In this document: positions 49,785 to 62,000 of the stretch, in pieces | How positions within the stretch are numbered: the stretch's first letter is position 1 | How the letters are laid out: every line of letters starts with the position of its first letter | Origin: Batkoa obscura | Lineage: Eukaryota | Assembly (NCBI GenBank): GCA_030770535.1 | Contig: JASVEC010000018.1 | Coordinates: forward strand, 744,001 to 808,000 | DNA: 64,000 bases | Direction: 5' to 3' | Position numbers and translations under genes: made by a program | Notes under the pieces: model-generated | What the model saw: the letters and a program-made list of their open reading frames with translations, nothing else | Told to the model about the DNA's origin: nothing | Databases searched by the model: none

Positions 49785-52208
49785 ATGGATGCAACTTTTT
49801 CGTCAAATCCTGAAGACTTTGAAGTCATCAAGCCAATAGGTAATTAGCTCTCTAACTAATTCTAGTCTTGTTTTATTTTACTTTGTTAAGGCTATGGTTC
49901 CTCTGCTACAGTATATTTAGGTCTATATAAACCAAAGAATTTAAAGGTGGCCGTGAAAGTGATCGATATGGATATGTTCGAAAGGAATCAGATTGATGAG
50001 CTTAGAGTATCGATTTCTTTATTCAACACAACTGATAACTAATTTGATTTTATAGAGGGAAACCCAAGTAATGTCTCTGTGTAAACACCCAAACTTACTG
50101 CCTGTAAATTGCTCGTATGTAATAGAATCAAAATTATACATTATTACTCCCTACCTGGCTTCTGGGGCTTGCTTAGATATATTAAAATACAAATATCCCG
50201 AAGGTTTAGAAGAAATTTATATAGCCTCAATACTTAAGCAAGCATTGATGGGATTAGAATATTTGCATAAAAATGGCCATATTCATCGGGATATTAAAGC
50301 TGGTAACTTACTTATTGATCCATCAGGGGTAGTACTATTAGCAGATTTCGGAGTATCATCGTCCTTAAGCGATCATTTTGATCGTAAAAAGTTAAGAAAA
50401 ACGTTTGTTGGTACTCCTTGTTGGATGGCACCAGAAGTGATGGAACAAGTAAAATTAAATAGTCAAATTATATAAATATAATATAACATAAATAGTCTGG
50501 TTACGATCAAAAAGCAGATATCTGGTCATTTGGTATTACAGCCTTAGAATTAGCTAATGGACAAGCACCTTTAGCTAAATATCCACCAATTAAAGTGGGT
50601 TTTTATCTTTGAACAATAGTCTATTACTAAAATAATTAGGTACTTATGATGACATTATCTAAAGATCCTCCTACATTAGATAGAGATAACAGTAAACATA
50701 AATATAGCAAAGCGTTCAAAGAGATGATTGATTCATGTTTAAATAAAGATCCAAGTAAAAGGTAATTTCAATGAAAGATTATTTAGCTATCAACTAATAG
50801 ACATAATTGTAGACCCACAGCAGAAAAGTTATTACAACATTCCTTTTTTAAACAAGTGAAAAAATATAATGGATTAACAGCTTTAATACAAGACATCCCA
50901 GCGATAGAAGATAGAGAAATTCAGCAAAGTATGTTTAATAATAAAGTTAAATAAATCATTTTAAAGTATGTTTTAGAAACAACAATGCCACTTAAACTGC
51001 CAGCCAAAGGAGAATCATGGAATTTTTCGCCAGTTCAAGAACATCAAACTCAAAATGGGAGTTATTTTGATAATAATTTAAAATCATCTGAGAAGAGAGA
51101 TTCAAGTTTACCACAATTGATTGAAGTAGCAACAAGTCCAGTCTTAAATCCGACGCAATCAATTAATATTATAAACAGTAATCAACCAATCACATCAGAA
51201 AATACAAAAAAGAGTCGATTTGTATTGGATAATATTCAAATTGATAAAAATGAGAATATTAATAGTGAGAATCCTCCTGATACTACTTTAAGTCAAGTAC
51301 GCAAAGGTAGATTTGCTTTGTCTGATGATACTCCCGAATCAGCATCAAGTAATAAATATTACATAATATAACATATAGCATTAACTTATCAACATAGCTA
51401 ATCTTATTTCGCCTTATAATACTGATTTTGTTGGACAATTGCCATTAAGTCGTGAAGCAAGCAAGTCAAGTAGATTTTCAATATCTTCAGAAGTAGAGGC
51501 CACTAGTCCAGCAGAACCTAATAACGAGCCTAGTAGAGTAGTTGGCACTTCATCATTTAGTAAAAGAGGAAGATTTCAACTTAGTAATGAAGCGGGAGGA
51601 GGTAAATCAATAAAGAGAACGACAATAGTAATACTAATAATTATATGACGCTTGTAGAAATAGTGAACACAAACAATAATGATGACAAAGAGGACAATGT
51701 TGATCAATCTAATACATTAATGATGCATGCTAACCAATTGGACTTGATTGCTAAACAAAATGAAAAGCAAAGGAATCTACTAATTGAATTACATTCTAAA
51801 CTTCAAAGTGGAAATTTATCTACACCTCAGCTTAAAAACATTGAGACTAATCTTAACGAACAAAGTAAAGCCAACAGGTAATTATTGAAATACTTACAAT
51901 GTGTAAGCTAATTTAATTCTTATTTTATAGTAAATTTGATGATTTTTTATCCGACTCAATGGTGATTTATTATAACAGCATTTATAATAGTATTAATTAA
52001 TTTAATTTAGATTACCTTTCAACAATTAACTCAACAAATCCTACAGCAAAATCAACAGCTTAAAGTAGAGAATGAAAGATTGAATTTGAGGTTTGAAAAA
52101 CTTGGTAATAACAATAGCGAAAATTCGACTGTTTCTAAAGATGTCGGTATGGACGTTACTACAACCATTGAGCGTGATTTGAATAATTTAAATTTAAACT
52201 CAGATTAA
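49785..52208 (+). CDS. STE20/GCK-VI (OSR1/SPAK/Fray-like) Ser/Thr kinase, multi-exon
   Basis: [58 protein letters not shown]-terminal coiled coil. Confidence 0.93.
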
Positions 52209-52920
52209 ATAAATATTCAAATTAAATTAACAATGCTTTTTAGTTGTTAATTCTTATATATTATCATCTTATTAAAATCAAAATTAATATACCTTATATG
52301 ATGCCATTTATTTTATCAATTTTGGACCTACCAATTATTTAATAAAAATTTTGAACTATGATTAAACCTTCTGAATCAATAGAAGTTTTTTATTTATTAG
52401 TTAGATTTTAATATCTTATTGTAGCTGTTATAGCTCTCTTGTGACCTAATAAACTACTCATTTGGGCAAAAAATTATTTCAAAATTCGGTTAAAGATAAG
52501 GATCAAGCTTTAAAAATTGGCTATATAAATGATTTAATTATGAAAACTACTGCTAAAAATGTCGCAAGAGTTGCAGCAGGTGTAAATTAATTCAGTAAAC
52601 AGTGTACTGAAAGTTTAAAATTTTGCTTTTTAGAAATTGATTTTCAAATAATTGAATCTAAAAACCAACAGCTTTTTTGTATTTTGGAACCTTGTTAAAC
52701 AAAAACTACTTTATAATATCAATAATAAATAGTTTAAAAATAAAAGTAGTAATTAGTAATAAAAAATAAATAAAGCATGTTAATGAAAAAGTTAAAACAA
52801 ATAAAACACAAATATTATAAAATCTAGTACTTAGTAAAAAAGCTATAAAAGTTTTTCAATTGATTATAACAAATTAAATTTTTTTGATAGTTTTAATAAA
52901 CTTATAAAAAATATAGATAT

Positions 52921-53075
52921 GAGGATGTCTGAATCAGTCTCATTTTTTTATTGAAAAGCAAAAACACTCAACACAGTTCTAAATTATTTTATTACAGTTG
53001 ATAGTGTAAGTTATCTGAATTTCTACTAGATCTAATAAAAATTCCTAGACTAACAAGGCTTTTACTAATATATAT
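52921..53075 (+). mobile_element. Non-autonomous repeat family B, copy 1
   Basis: ATAT|GAGGATGTCTGAAT...GAATTTCTACTAGATCTAATAAAAATTCCTAGA...TTTTACTAATATAT, colinear with 56005-56158; right end unclear. Confidence 0.75.
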
Positions 53076-54242
53076 AATCAGATATAATTTTATAACCTAG
53101 ATTCAAATTTGATGTCTATTTGTACAACTGAAGGATTCATATATCCTAACTCTCTCTTTATAAACCTTGAAGCAATTAAGAAGTCTAATTATCATTGAAA
53201 AGCAAGATTTAAGAAATTGATTTTGATCACATTACCACTAATCGATTATTATTTGCCACATTTTTAAAAGATTATAGTGGGGGTGCCTATAGTCAGTTAT
53301 GAAGATATATTATACTATTACTTTGTCTAAGGCTAAAATCAACTACTTTTTAACAAAAATAAATTACCTCTAAATAAAAATTAATATCTCTATTTTAATA
53401 TCTTGTTATATTCAATCTTTTTCAAATTTAATTATTAAATAGTATAATACTAAATCAAAAGTTACTTTAATTTAGTTATCAGTTTTATTACAGTATGGAT
53501 TTGTTACTATGACAATTATATAAATTCAGTTGTAAATCAAAGACTTTTTAGTAGTAGTCCTATAAAAAACAAGTTCATCTCTTTCTCAACCGATTTGTTA
53601 ACAAATACAGTAAAATGTCACAACAAGGTTTCTTTCATTAAGCTTAACGCTTCAGTCACCCTATCAAGTTAACAAAACACCCACCATCTCCCTCAGCTTG
53701 AGGCTCTTTACTTATTAGCATCTATTGAATTTGATACTTCAAGTATCCATTTAATTCAGTTATCCCTTAATGCTATAGGCGTCTAGTTACTTTTTATCAT
53801 AGAAAAAGAAAGTAAGAGCTTTTATTTCCCACCCTGCTTTTTACCAGAGTAATGCACTTAAATGTCTATTACACTTCTCAATATGTTTTTATAATTGAAT
53901 ACTAACTCTACCTTAATGCTCTCTTACTAACCAAAGTTAGTACGTAACTTTTTATAAAGCAAATATTGCATTCAACCTCAAATTCATGCCATCCACGTGT
54001 TTTATACTAGATTCAAATAGTTAACTTACAAACAATTAAATTGTATTATACTAGGCCTGTATTAATAATGGTTATCTTTTTATGAAATTTATTGTATTAT
54101 TCTTACAACATTAAGATGTAAAATTCAAAAAAAGAATTCTAAATAAAGGGCTTCAAATAAATATTGAAAAATAAAATTTTAATATTAGCAAATAAAAAGC
54201 ATTAAAAAAGTATCAATACTATGATTATAATGTATTTATTGT

Positions 54243-55109
54243 TTAACTAAATCTTCCTCTTTTACGAGTACTGCAAGTTGAGCTACATTCCTCCATGCTG
54301 TCAAAAGCACGACATCCGCCACAGCCTCCATACACATCTTCAACACATTTACCCTTAGATGGATCAAAATGGAAAGATTTTTGACTACCACGGCACAAGC
54401 CAGTATCAGTTTTAATATAACATCTATTGTCAAATTTAGCTAAAGGATTGAAAACTACACCTGGAATTTCAACTTTACAATCCTTTTGAGTAAAAGGACC
54501 ATTAATGTCCGCTTTTTTAGCTGGCTGACTACCCTTTTTTACACAAGAACTTTCACAATCTTTCATAGTTTCAAAGACAGAACATCCATCAGGACAACCT
54601 CCAAAAATATCTTGAACACATTTACCTGTAATTGTGTCGAAATGGAAAGACTCCTGTTGCATACGACAATTACCAGTTTCAGTTTTGATAAAACACTTAT
54701 CCTCTAATTTTTTTAGTTCAGCTGATAAATTCTTAGGCTTATTGACTTTGCAAGAATTTTGAGGTTCTTGATTTTTGGGCTTATCTTTGACAACTGACTG
54801 GATAACACTTTTTACACATAATCCTTCACACTCTTGCATTGTATTGAATGCAAAACAACCACCACAACCTCCGTAGACATCTTGAACACATTTACCTGTA
54901 ATTGTGTCAAAATGGAAAGATTCTTGTTGCATACGACAATCACCAGTATCAGTTTTGATGAAACATTTATTGTTCAAATTGTTATATTGAGGCTTGAAAT
55001 TGGTGTTTTTGTCTAATTTACAACCTTCTTGCTTGAAAGAGATTGATTCTTGAGCGTTAGTAACAGCTAATAAAGCAAATAAAGCTAAAGTTCTAAGTAC
55101 ACTATTCAT
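54243..55109 (-). CDS. Secreted protein with three Kunitz/BPTI-like protease-inhibitor domains, intronless
   Basis: Signal peptide; three copies of C-x8-C-x15-C-x7-C-x11/12-C-x3-C with G.CR, FHFD and (Y/F)GGC. Confidence 0.9.
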   Translation of the reverse strand: MNSVLRTLALFALLAVTNAQESISFKQEGCKLDKNTNFKPQYNNLNNKCFIKTDTGDCRMQQESFHFDTITGKCVQDVYGGCGGCFAFNTMQECEGLCVKSVIQSVVKDKPKNQEPQNSCKVNKPKNLSAELKKLEDKCFIKTETGNCRMQQESFHFDTITGKCVQDIFGGCPDGCSVFETMKDCESSCVKKGSQPAKKADINGPFTQKDCKVEIPGVVFNPLAKFDNRCYIKTDTGLCRGSQKSFHFDPSKGKCVEDVYGGCGGCRAFDSMEECSSTCSTRKRGRFS

Positions 55110-55472
55110 ATTCAATTTTTTAAATTTATAAAGTCGATATTTGTTTATACTAATGTATTCTAATTCTTTTTATAAATATTGTATACTTGTTTTATCTGCT
55201 TATATACTTTTTTCAATTCTTATCTTAGTTAACTTTAATTATTATTTAACTTATTAAATATTATGCAAATGTTGGATCAAGTAATTTAGATACGTATATC
55301 TATTGAGAACTATCATTATTAATAACAGTTTCGATCTGTACTTTATTACACTTTAGTGTAAAGCGTTATAGAATTATGACTAAAATTTAAAAGTAAAAAA
55401 TAATAGCTTGAATACATTTTTATGCTCTGTCTTTTATTTAGGTTTATTTTGATATTACTATTTTTAGCATAT

Positions 55473-55565
55473 GAGGATATATTTTTATGTTTAAAAAACT
55501 TACAATTTTTCGATTTAAATAGCACTTAAAAGATGGAAAAAGTGATGAAACCAAAAAATATCACA
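55473..55565 (+). mobile_element. MITE family A copy
   Basis: ATAT|GAGGATATATTTTT...AAATAGCACTTAAAAGATGGAAAAAGTGATGAAACCAAAAAATATCACA|ATAT. Confidence 0.8.
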
Positions 55566-56004
55566 ATATTATCTTATATTGTAACGATTGTATTTCTCAA
55601 TGTCAAATAGTTAAACTTCTATAAGCTTTTTGATTTAATAACTTATTTGAGTTATAACAAAGTTAACATTATCGGATTAGATATTAACCTTCAATAAGCT
55701 ATTCACTTATTACATAATTCTAGTTCATATGCTTTTAACTCGATATAAAATTAGTATCATAAAATCCATTTACAGTATACTTTATGCTTTTTTTTAGATA
55801 AGTACTATATTATGTTGTTGGACTTTTATGTATTATAGGTTATAATACCATATCATATAACATTACTAATAGATTATATTTACTTTTTTTACTCGAGTTC
55901 TTATAAGCCTTGGACCTAACTATTATATTTACCTTTAATATTCCAAATATTTAGAACAGTGATCTAATTTTCAAAGTCTTGATGAGCTATTCTAATCAAC
56001 AAAT

Positions 56005-56158
56005 GGGGATGTCTAAATTAATTTCATTTTTTTATCAAAAAGCAAAAGTACCCATTACAGTCCTAAATTATTGCATTACAGTTTATACTGTAAGTTGGTT
56101 GAATTTCTACTAGATCTAATAAAAACTCCTAGATTAACAGGGTTTTTACTAATATAAT
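56005..56158 (+). mobile_element. Non-autonomous repeat family B, copy 2
   Basis: Starts GGGGATGTCTAAATT and aligns along its length to 52921-53075. Confidence 0.75.
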
Positions 56159-56162
56159 ATAT

Positions 56163-56348
56163 GGAGTTGTCTGAATTACTTTCATTATTTTATGTAGTTT
56201 TTAAATGTTTTATATTTTAAAAGCTTCGCTTAAAATTCTATAAAAACAAATTTTTTTTATTGAAATAAAAGTACCTGGACACAGTTCTAAATCGTCCTAT
56301 TATAGTTTATACTGTAATTTAGCTGGATCTCTACTAGATTTTAAACAC
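56163..56348 (+). mobile_element. Repeat family B, longer variant, directly behind copy 2
   Basis: ATAT|GGAGTTGTCTGAATT start; shares ACAGTTCTAAAT...GTTTATACTGTAA...CTACTAGAT with copies 1 and 2. Confidence 0.65.
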
Positions 56349-56452
56349 ATGTTCTTATAAAACTTTATTGAAAAACGTTTATTATTGACCACTTTATAAT
56401 CAACATTGTAGATTTGTTATCAAATAAATAAATTATTTTGATGCTATAATTA

Positions 56453-56550
56453 GGGAGCGTTTTTTTAACTTCATTGTTTTTTCTATTTTTTAAGTGCTAT
56501 TTAAGCGGAGAATTTGTTAGTGAAATTTTTAAACACAAAAATACATCCCC
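56453..56550 (-). mobile_element. MITE family A copy (inverted)
   Basis: Ends AAACACAAAAATACATCCCC; 98 bp; flanks ATTA/ATTC. Confidence 0.85.
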
Positions 56551-56999
56551 ATTCGCTATTTTAGAGATTTAACTACAGGCTTGATTTTGTAAAATTTTCA
56601 AAACTTTCACATATTAGATTAAATCATATAATTTAAAATGGTGATAACAGGCATAAAAGAGTGTTTATGTATATTAATTTTTTTAAATTAAATATAGCTT
56701 CAGTGCTATAGATGGAAGATACTGATAATCTTTGAGCTCATAAACCAAAAATATTTGCCTTTAAAAGTCCGAAAGAGTCTAAAAACTATGTTTAAGTTAT
56801 TTTCTAGAAATAATTTAAATGGGAGCGTCTCACAGATTTAACTAATAGAATCTTAGTAAGTAATAATATAAACAATAGTATAAATAATAGTAATTCAAGC
56901 TAAAGCTTTGCTTTCTTAATAATATTGCCCTTATTTATCATAAACTTTTAACTCTATAAAGCTAACTTGATAATACCAAGTGGAAATTAGGGTCAGCGT

Positions 57000-57800
57000 A
57001 TAATAATGGAAGGTGAATTGTATTGCTTAAGAGTATATGTTTTAATATCAAATATAGGCGTATAGGAGATTAATAAAGAGGAGTATAAATTAGATTTGAA
57101 AAAGAAGTTTAAGGTGGCTGATAATATAGAGAAATGAGAAGTACATAATGCAATTAATTCAGCTACAATACTACATAGTCCATATATGTTTTATCTTGGG
57201 AATAATACGTTAATCATTTTTCAAAGTATTTGTGCAACAACATTGTCATTGGAATATTTTAATATTGAGCAAAAGAAATAATATAACAGGTATAGGGTTA
57301 AAAAACTCTATATACGAATGACAAACATGGGCTTTATTAGAAATAAGTATTGGTGTATGCACTCACTATTTTTATATTTTACAAGATGAAAACAACAAGC
57401 AAATTTTGCATTTCTGATTGTTTAAATTGAGAACTACTGTCAGTAAGAATTGTACCGTTTGATGTTTAATCAAATGATACAAAGCCAGTATGTAAGGAAA
57501 GAGTATTACGCGTCCCTGGTATTTATCAATAATGTTCAATTATACTTTTTGGAATATCTAGTAGCAATGACAAAGTATACACTAGTTTTATTAATATAAT
57601 ATATGAATTGAATTTAGTATCTAGTGAAACAAAAAACATGATGTTAAACTTAAGGATAACTTTTATATACATGTGCTAAAAAGTAATCAAGAGACCTTGT
57701 TATATGAGCTTGTAAACTTCAGTCAAATATTTTGGAGTCTAATTCGAATTATTAAGTTTTAGGAAATTGGATCAAACAACCATTATAAATCCTGATAAAT
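57000..57800 (+). pseudogene. Decayed coding sequence, possibly MATCAP/DUF1704-like metallopeptidase (limits approximate)
   Basis: Frame-hopping fragments GIGL..IGVCTHYF..NNKQ, KEYYASL, TSFINIIYEL, DVKLKDNFYIHVLKSNQET..SQI(Y)FWSLIRIIKF occur in the order expected for the family; many stops and frameshifts. Confidence 0.3.
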
Positions 57801-58281
57801 TCTGCTTTATTATAACAATTTTATAATAAATTTGTCTGGCCTTACTATAGTGAGTAGTAAAGATGCAAATAAACTTTGAAGTATAAATCAAATGCTATGA
57901 GTTCTGATAATTCGGAGTTATTTGAAGGTCTGTCGGCACTAATTGGTAAAACTAATAACACTAAAATTATAAATAATGATAATGATTAATTTAGCAGTAG
58001 TGATTATAGTATATAGTTCATAAAAGCAAGCTTAAGAAAATAAGCATCAAGTATCATCGCTGAGCTATTACTATTAAACTAACTAACTTATTCGATACTA
58101 AAATCATCTATTGCAGTGCCAAAATTTTTGTACACTGCCAAGAAATTGATAACACCAATACTACATTGCCTACGAAAGTTTAGTTCTGATAATTAGAAAT
58201 AAAAGGAAAACTTATGTGAATAGACATTAACAGCATTGAGCATGTCATTGATCCTATTTGGTTATTTTTTCGTAGGAATAT

Positions 58282-58378
58282 GGGAATGTATTTTTGTATT
58301 TAAGAATTTCACTAACCGTTTTCCCACTCAAATAGTACTTAAAAGATGGAAAAAGTAATGAAGTCAAAAAATACCCCT
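58282..58378 (+). mobile_element. MITE family A copy
   Basis: ATAT|GGGAATGTATTTTTG...GTCAAAAAATACCCCT|GTAT. Confidence 0.85.
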
Positions 58379-58640
58379 GTATAGTTAATTTTATAATAGT
58401 TTTACTACATCACATTGTATCATGACCTATATGAAAACAAATAGTCTATTATACGTAAACTGATTTTTATAATAAGTATAAACGTCACTACTACTGCTTC
58501 TAAATATTTAATTATTTTTGATATAACTAATATAGAAACAAAAACTACAAGTACTTTGATTGGAATTATAGTTTTTTATGATAAAAATATAATATCGATT
58601 TTTGAAAATATTCAAGCCGTCAACTTATATCAATAGCTAC

Positions 58641-58676
58641 TAACCTTAAAATTCTTGAATACAAAAATACATCCCC
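58641..58676 (-). mobile_element. MITE family A, truncated (one terminus only)
   Basis: AAAATTCTTGAATACAAAAATACATCCCC is the reverse complement of the family left end. Confidence 0.7.
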
Positions 58677-59047
58677 ATGTTATATTATCTTGCTTTTTAC
58701 AATTAATTTTATTTTTCTTGTTTAAAAAATGAGTCACTTTCTTTTATTGCCATAACTATCTCATATTTTTTATTGATAAACATTATAATGCTTTTTAAAG
58801 ATTAAGTTTTGCAACCATCAAACTCAAATAACATTAATGTTTATGATTTTAACTATGTAACATGTTCTAATAAATCTAAGTAGCTTCACTGTCAATATTA
58901 AAAATATATAAATTGGCTGCGGGTGGTTTTCGCAGTTATGGTTTCATTACTACGTAAAACCATATAATAACCTACCTAATAAATTATACACGCAGCTATC
59001 TAACCATTATAAAAGCTCTAAAAATATCCTAGAAAATCATCAAGAAA

Positions 59048-62000
59048 ATGGAGGCAATTAATGGTTTATCTATCCCTTTTAGTAATGATGAAATAGCAAT
59101 TAAATTAGAAGTACCTGTGGAAAAGGTACTTGAGACCTTTGAACAAGGTGCTCATTCTCAAATTGAAAAGCATATCTTTATAGCTTTAGACAACAGTGGT
59201 AGCATGTGTGGTGAGCCTTTTAAAGTAGCAAAAGAAGGAATCCTTCAATTATGCCAACAAAGTTATAGCCAAGTGAACGGAATCTCTCTTTTTGTACATA
59301 ATCATGAGTGTAAAGAGTATCATTATCAATCTGGCGAGTTGTTTGGTCCATTTGAAGCTGTTATTTCAGGTTTAAGTGCTGGGGGTGGAAATACTTTTAA
59401 ATTGGTATTTGATCAGATGGGTAAAAAGATCCAGGCGCTTGGTCCAAATCCAAAGTCGGTATCTATACTTTTTTTTTCAGATGGTGCGGATTGTTATGAG
59501 TATACAGATAAATTAATTAATGACCCTAACAGCTCTATGAATCAATTCAAGAATTTAGTCCAAAATCAAAGTGATTTGGTAGTTGATTTTCATTCTGTTG
59601 GGTTTACACAATATCATGATGCTATTTTACTTGGAAAGATGGCAGAGATAGGTCATGTAGATGGCTCTTTTCAATATGTTAAAGAAGCACAAGATATCGA
59701 AAAACCATTAGAAATATTATCAGAAGTCATGCTGCTAAATCGAATTCAGTTTTACATTACTTTCAATTCAAATTCGGAAGTCATTGATGTTAAACCAAAT
59801 TCTTTAAATGAAGCTTTGGTATTGATTAAAAAGGAATTAGATAATGAAGGGATGTGGCTATCTATTAAAAGCAATGATAAAAACAGCGGTAAGGTAGGTT
59901 TTCAAAAATTATGTCCAATCAAATTGTCTCCACTTGAATATAGTAAAATAGATAGTGCTAGTTATATTTTAGCACAGTGTGACATCTACGAAATACATAT
60001 TAAAAAGTTAGCTGATAAAGTATTAAAATCCAATATTGAGCCATTATCAAAAGAAGAGATAGAGGTAGTAATAACTCAACTTGATGGCTTAGAACAAAAA
60101 GTTAAATTGCTATATGGAAATATTGGTTCTCTTTCGGGTATACAACGTAAAGTAGCTAGACCAAGGGTATTAGTAACTAAAAGGTTAATTGATGGTCTTA
60201 AAGAAGGTATTGCAAAAGTAAAAACTTCCACGCTATCCAATGATATGATAGCTTCATGGCAAGCGCTTGCTAGTCAAAATGTATTGTTGCTAGGGAATAA
60301 AGCAAGAAAAACAATAAGTAAAAGATCGATCAATAATATCAACCCAATTGAAGAAAACGAACATAAAATTGAGCAAACAGTTGAGAATATTGATTTTGAA
60401 CAATTAAGGAGCGAAACGAATAGTAAAATTTTAGATGAAACAACGTGTCCTTTAACCCGCTCTAACTTTATTGAGGCCTTAGAAGAAGGAGATTGTATTG
60501 GTATTGGACTTCAAGTTAAACGTAGTGAGGCATGTGTATTTGATTCGAGTTTGCTACAGATTATAAATGTGGGCCCTACTTTTATGACTTGTGTTGGATT
60601 TATGGATATACTCTCATTTAAAATTATTCAAGATGAGCAAGAGCAAATGAAACTTCATGGTGGTTTTGGAGGACAAGCTGAGAATGGTAGTGTAACCACA
60701 GGGTTGGCTAATGAAACTATCAATGCAGTTATGCCACTGTATTTGAATGAGCAGCACTGGAAAATAGCGTCAAGGAGAAGTAAAACAATGCTTTCATGGA
60801 CGGCTACTCTTTCAATTACTGGTGGACTTGGTAATGAAATTAAAATCATTCCATTTTTGGTGTTATCAAAATGTTTGGATATCATTTTTCAACAACCTAC
60901 AGAGCATAATTTATTTATTTTTAAATTAGTATTGGATACATGTATGACTATTTATAATACTTCGTATACTACAAGTATTAAAGATGAAATTCTGGAAAAA
61001 TATAACAACTTTTTTGCTTCACCATTAAATAGAATGAGTGATTCAATCCCTAACCAATCTTTATTCTTAGCCAAAGTGTTCTGTGCTATACAAGCAGGAG
61101 ACATTAGGTATGATGATTTTGTTCAAAAGTTTGATTCTTTTTCATATTTTATGTCTGAAGAAGTTGTCCGTCGTAAGATAACTAAGGTTGATTTTGAAGG
61201 TTTAAAATTGGATAATTATCTAGATTTATTTTCAATTGATAAAACCTCTGTTGTCAATGATAAAATGAATAAATGGAAAGAAGAGTATAATGATAGAATG
61301 CAAAATTTATCAAAAGAAGGCCAAATTCATTACAAAGAAATGTTCGGAAAGCAGCTTGAAGAGAAGAAAAATGAACAAAATAATATAAATATAAATATAA
61401 ATGAAAAAAATACTAACAGCAATAATGATATTGATATTCCTCTACCTCATTACGAATACGATATAAATAACATTAAATTTAACAAAGAGGCACTTAAATT
61501 TATCGATAAGATCGAAAACGAAACACAAAGTGGATTGAAGTATATCTTAACTAAAATGAATCAATTGACATTAAATCCTACAGTCGTTAATAGTAACAGC
61601 TTCATGGATGAGATAAAAAGTATAATTAATAGTAGTAATAGCGAAGAGTTTACATATAATACTCTGTCCAGTGAACAGAAGTTTTCATTTTTTAACCAAA
61701 ACTACTTAAATAAATCAAATGAAAGCAGAAGGAAACTAATTGAAGATAATATCAACATCCAAACTTTAAATAGCGATATTGGCGCCTCTAAATCCTATAT
61801 TAAACACCTAGTTGAATCGGCTGTAAAAAAAGAATACTCTACTGAACGTAGTTTATATATTAAAAGTTTAGGCGATGTTGAAGGCTTTAAACTTGGCCTC
61901 CAATTTCTAAATACTCAAGAGCTTGATGAAGCGGCTGGCCTACTGAAATTTTCAGTTAAGTTCCATTCAGTTAAAAAGTTTCATCAAATGATTACTGCAC

